A stretch of DNA of 40,107 nucleotides from Thermodesulfovibrionales bacterium. GTDB taxonomy: Bacteria; Nitrospirota; Thermodesulfovibrionia; Thermodesulfovibrionales; UBA6898. The notes under the pieces were generated by a model, which saw only the letters and a list, made by a program, of their open reading frames with translations, made no database searches and had not been told where the DNA came from. The stretch spans positions 1-40,107 of the forward strand of contig JBIOIY010000025.1 of assembly GCA_044450345.1 (NCBI GenBank), read 5' to 3'. Below are positions 37,460 through 40,107 of the stretch, piece by piece; position 1 is the first letter of the stretch, and every line of letters starts with the position of its first letter. A program made the position numbers and the translations under genes.

Positions 37460-38713
37460 ATGGCAAGCATCGCAAGTAAAATCATCGATATCTCGCTAAA
37501 TCTCTTCGGCCGTGAGGCAGTCCGCGCTCTTTATCGCAACAAGCTGCGTAGCTCGCTGTCTGCAATCGGGATCGCAATCGGCATTGCTGCAGTAATTTGC
37601 GTGGTGGCCATCGGCACAGCAGGTTCGCAGCGTGCCGAACAGCAGCTCCAAAATCTGGGGGATAACCTTGTCTGGATCGAGGCAGGTTCTCGGAATGTCA
37701 ACGGGGTGCGGTCCGGCAGCCACGGAATGACTTCCCTTACCATGGGAGATGCCGAAGCAATCAGTAAAGGAGTGCCACTCATCAAAAGTGTTTCCCCGAA
37801 TGTGGATGGGACCGTGCTCATTGCCTGGGGGAACCGTAATTGGACAACACATTACCGTGGCGTCACTCCCGAATTCCTCGCTATCAGAAGTTGGGATATT
37901 GCGGAGGGGGATCTATTCACGATGGAAGACGTGAAGCGTGCGGCAAACGTCTGCTTGATTGGACAAACAGCGCGTCAGCAACTCTTCGGAGCGGGGGAGG
38001 CGGTTGGCCGAGACATTCGAATCAACAAACAGATATTCAAGGTGATCGGCGTGTTGGCGCCAAAGGGACAGTCGACTACCGGTCAAGACCAGGATGACAC
38101 TATCCTGATGCCCTATACTACGGTGCAGAAGAAGCTGAGGGGCACGGGTTTCGTATGGCTGGACGACATTATGACTTCTGCCGTCTCCCGTGACGCTGCT
38201 AACCCGGCCATCGACCGGATCAATGCGCTGCTTCGCGAACGACATCACATCCGGCCGGGCGAGGGGGATGATTTCAACATCCGTCATCCGGAAGAGGTGA
38301 TTAAGGCCCAGATCGCCGCGAATCGGACGCTCGCGTTTTTTCTTATCAGTGTTGCCTCCATATCCCTCCTTGTTGGCGGGATCGGGATAATGAACGTGAT
38401 GCTGGTATCGGTGACCCAGCGAACGAAAGAAATTGGTTTGCGCCTCGCTATCGGAGCTACGACATGGGCCATACAAATTCAGTTTCTCGGGGAGGCGGTC
38501 ATGTTGAGCCTTTTCGGCGGTCTCATTGGGGTCTTTGTCGGCGTGGCCGGCTCTTTCATTCTTGGAAATGTCTTGGGATGGTCTGTGTCCATTCCTCTTG
38601 AAGCCCTCATCGTCGCTCCTCTGTTCGCCATCGGCGTAGGCATCTTTTTCGGCTTCTATCCGGCGTGGAAGGCCACACAGCTGGACCCGATTATCGCCTT
38701 GCGTCATGAGTAA
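37460..38713 (+). CDS. MacB/FtsX-like ABC transporter permease
   Basis: NKLRS..., a large periplasmic domain, GGIGIMNVMLVSVTQRTKEIGLRLAIGA and a YPA...LDPIIALRHE end. Confidence 0.92.
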   Translation: MASIASKIIDISLNLFGREAVRALYRNKLRSSLSAIGIAIGIAAVICVVAIGTAGSQRAEQQLQNLGDNLVWIEAGSRNVNGVRSGSHGMTSLTMGDAEAISKGVPLIKSVSPNVDGTVLIAWGNRNWTTHYRGVTPEFLAIRSWDIAEGDLFTMEDVKRAANVCLIGQTARQQLFGAGEAVGRDIRINKQIFKVIGVLAPKGQSTTGQDQDDTILMPYTTVQKKLRGTGFVWLDDIMTSAVSRDAANPAIDRINALLRERHHIRPGEGDDFNIRHPEEVIKAQIAANRTLAFFLISVASISLLVGGIGIMNVMLVSVTQRTKEIGLRLAIGATTWAIQIQFLGEAVMLSLFGGLIGVFVGVAGSFILGNVLGWSVSIPLEALIVAPLFAIGVGIFFGFYPAWKATQLDPIIALRHE

Positions 38714-39392
38714 AAAGGTCCCCGGCCGCTTTATGTCTGTCCAACCCGACTATCATAAATTACCGTATGCTGCTCATTCCACTTTCTCAGGGACAACTGG
38801 CCCGTCAAAATCCATTATTTCTTGGCGCAAGTTTATAATCGCAGTTGTCTCATTATTATTTATCTTGGCAGGGAGCCTTTTTTTATATATCGAAGAGCAA
38901 GGTAATTTCCACTCTATTACGCCAGGAGAGGCTTACAGATCTGCTCAAATGGATAGAGACGAACTTGAATACTATATTCTAAAGCATCATCTCAAGAGCA
39001 TACTAAACTTAAGAGGAAAGGATCCGGACAGTGATTGGTACATCGAAGAAGTAAAGGTGAGTTCGGAATACGGCATAGTGCATTATGATATGGCGTTGTC
39101 GGCCTCCCGTGAGCTGACCGCCAAAGAGGGACAAACACTTATCGAGATTTTCCATTTCGCGCCGCGTCCCATATTGATTCACTGCAAGTCCGGCGCGGAC
39201 AGGTCCGGGCTGGTCTCGGCAATGTGGAAGGTGATCGTTGATAAAAATTCTAAAGCAGAGGCAAAAAAACAGTTATCTATTTTATACGGGCATATACCCA
39301 TAGGGCCTACATCTGCAATGGACCAGTTCTTTGAAAGGTGGCGACCAGAGCTCAGACCGTACAGATTAGCTGCAGAGGGGGTAATTCCTTGA
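38706..39392 (+). CDS. Membrane-anchored protein-tyrosine/dual-specificity phosphatase-like protein
   Basis: HCKSGADRSG (CX5R), YRSAQ, ILNLRG and an N-terminal TM helix. Start uncertain. Confidence 0.85.
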   Translation: MSKKVPGRFMSVQPDYHKLPYAAHSTFSGTTGPSKSIISWRKFIIAVVSLLFILAGSLFLYIEEQGNFHSITPGEAYRSAQMDRDELEYYILKHHLKSILNLRGKDPDSDWYIEEVKVSSEYGIVHYDMALSASRELTAKEGQTLIEIFHFAPRPILIHCKSGADRSGLVSAMWKVIVDKNSKAEAKKQLSILYGHIPIGPTSAMDQFFERWRPELRPYRLAAEGVIP

Positions 39393-39716
39393 TAGCCACG
39401 TCGAGATGGTTTTCAACATTCAAAGCGAAAGAAACTTCCCTGAATTGTTTCTTCCGACCCGAATTGAAGGTGACTCGGTGATATGGAAAAAAAGAAGTAG
39501 TGGCTACAAGAGCAATCTCGAGACTCGCTCAAGAATGTGGCTTTCCGAAAAAAAGCAACGAGGGCTCAGACCCTTGTCGTGTTCTCCCTATGAGCCACGC
39601 TGGAATAATTCCTGCAAAAAGTTGAGGAGTTCACTGGGAATCAACAAAACAAATTTAGTTATTTCCTTGATAATGCACATCAAATTATATGCTCGATTCA
39701 TTATCAAAACTTCAAG

Positions 39717-39745
39717 TTGACAACTGTAAATTACGGTGATATAAA
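39717..39745 (+). promoter_or_regulatory. sigma70 promoter upstream of riboswitch
   Basis: TTGACA (39717-39722), 17 bp spacer, TATAAA (39740-39745) with extended -10 TG. Confidence 0.75.
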
Positions 39746-39761
39746 GGAGGCAAGTAGAGGC

Positions 39762-39845
39762 GATCCCGATAAAACCAAACCCTTTGAGAGAAGGGGACAG
39801 AAAGCGGCGGGTCTTAAGAGAAGATGGCCGAGCTACCGAAGGATA
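39762..39845 (+). ncRNA. GEMM-I cyclic dinucleotide riboswitch (A20, cGAMP-type variant)
   Basis: P1 ATCC/GGAT; CAAACC-CTTT-GAGA-GAAG-GGGAC; GAAAGC junction; P3 GTCTT/AAGAT; 3' CTACCGA. Confidence 0.85.
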
Positions 39846-39875
39846 AACTTTGAGTATGTTCGGCCATATTTTTTT
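39824..39875 (+). terminator. Intrinsic terminator overlapping the aptamer (expression platform)
   Basis: ATGGCCGAGCTAC (39824-39836) pairs with GTATGTTCGGCCAT (39854-39867), followed by T7 (39869-39875). Confidence 0.8.
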
Positions 39876-39911
39876 GAGCAAGATGATGTAAGAACAGTAA
39901 GGAGGTGGATC

Positions 39912-40107
39912 ATGGATAATGGAGTGAACCGTAGGGAGTTTCTGAAGTATTCCTTGGCAACGGGTGCGCTTATCGCTGCAGGAGATGGAATAATGGAAAG
40001 CGTGATGGCACAAGCCGCCGCGGGTGTTACCGAAGTAGATAAGTTGGTCCTTTGGGTGTTGACTGACAACTATTATGACAGAAATAGACTTGACAACAAG
40101 ATTACAA
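39912..40107 (+). CDS. Tat-signal protein, 5' part only (possibly MBL-fold hydrolase)
   Basis: TAAGGAGGT SD; translates MDNGVNRREFLKYSLATGALIAAG...EVDKLVLWVLTDNYYD; runs off the window end. Confidence 0.75.
   Translation, partial: MDNGVNRREFLKYSLATGALIAAGDGIMESVMAQAAAGVTEVDKLVLWVLTDNYYDRNRLDNKIT

Noticed and set aside
36900..37499. Possible gene remnants and a 36-codon ORF at 37389-37499
   Set aside because: No recognisable homology by eye. A tBLASTn search would be needed.
39406..40069. ORFs 39406-39720, 39588-40013 and 39833-40069
   Set aside because: No motifs, and they overlap or run antisense to the promoter, the riboswitch and the real gene at 39912.

Overview
Bacterial chromosomal window of about 55% GC (estimated by eye). 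The gene repertoire suggests an anaerobic Nitrospirota- or deltaproteobacterium-like organism; this is an inference. In order it holds: a DHH phosphoesterase; an ABC-F ATPase; two convergent PilZ genes; a minus-strand operon of a MATE exporter, an atypical CysRS-like ligase and a cobalamin-type radical SAM enzyme; the clpS-clpA-aat N-end-rule operon; a ~19 kb respiratory cluster (usp genes, Rieske protein, cytochrome b fused to three c-type hemes, gnd, and a complete nuoA-N with fused nuoCD); an RpoD-like sigma factor lacking region 1.1; a quinone oxidoreductase; an orphan MacB-like permease with a PTP-type phosphatase; and a sigma70 promoter, GEMM-I riboswitch and terminator ahead of a truncated Tat-exported gene. 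Most interesting: (1) a CysRS paralog that has lost two Zn ligands and the anticodon-binding domain, clustered with the radical SAM and MATE genes; (2) a GEMM-I riboswitch with the A20 signature of 3',3'-cGAMP sensors and an overlapping terminator; (3) a family of 200-290 bp structured intergenic elements with compensatory base changes, mosaic and nested with smaller palindromic repeats; (4) an apparent complex III + gnd + complex I super-operon. All functional calls come from motif reading; no database searches were run.
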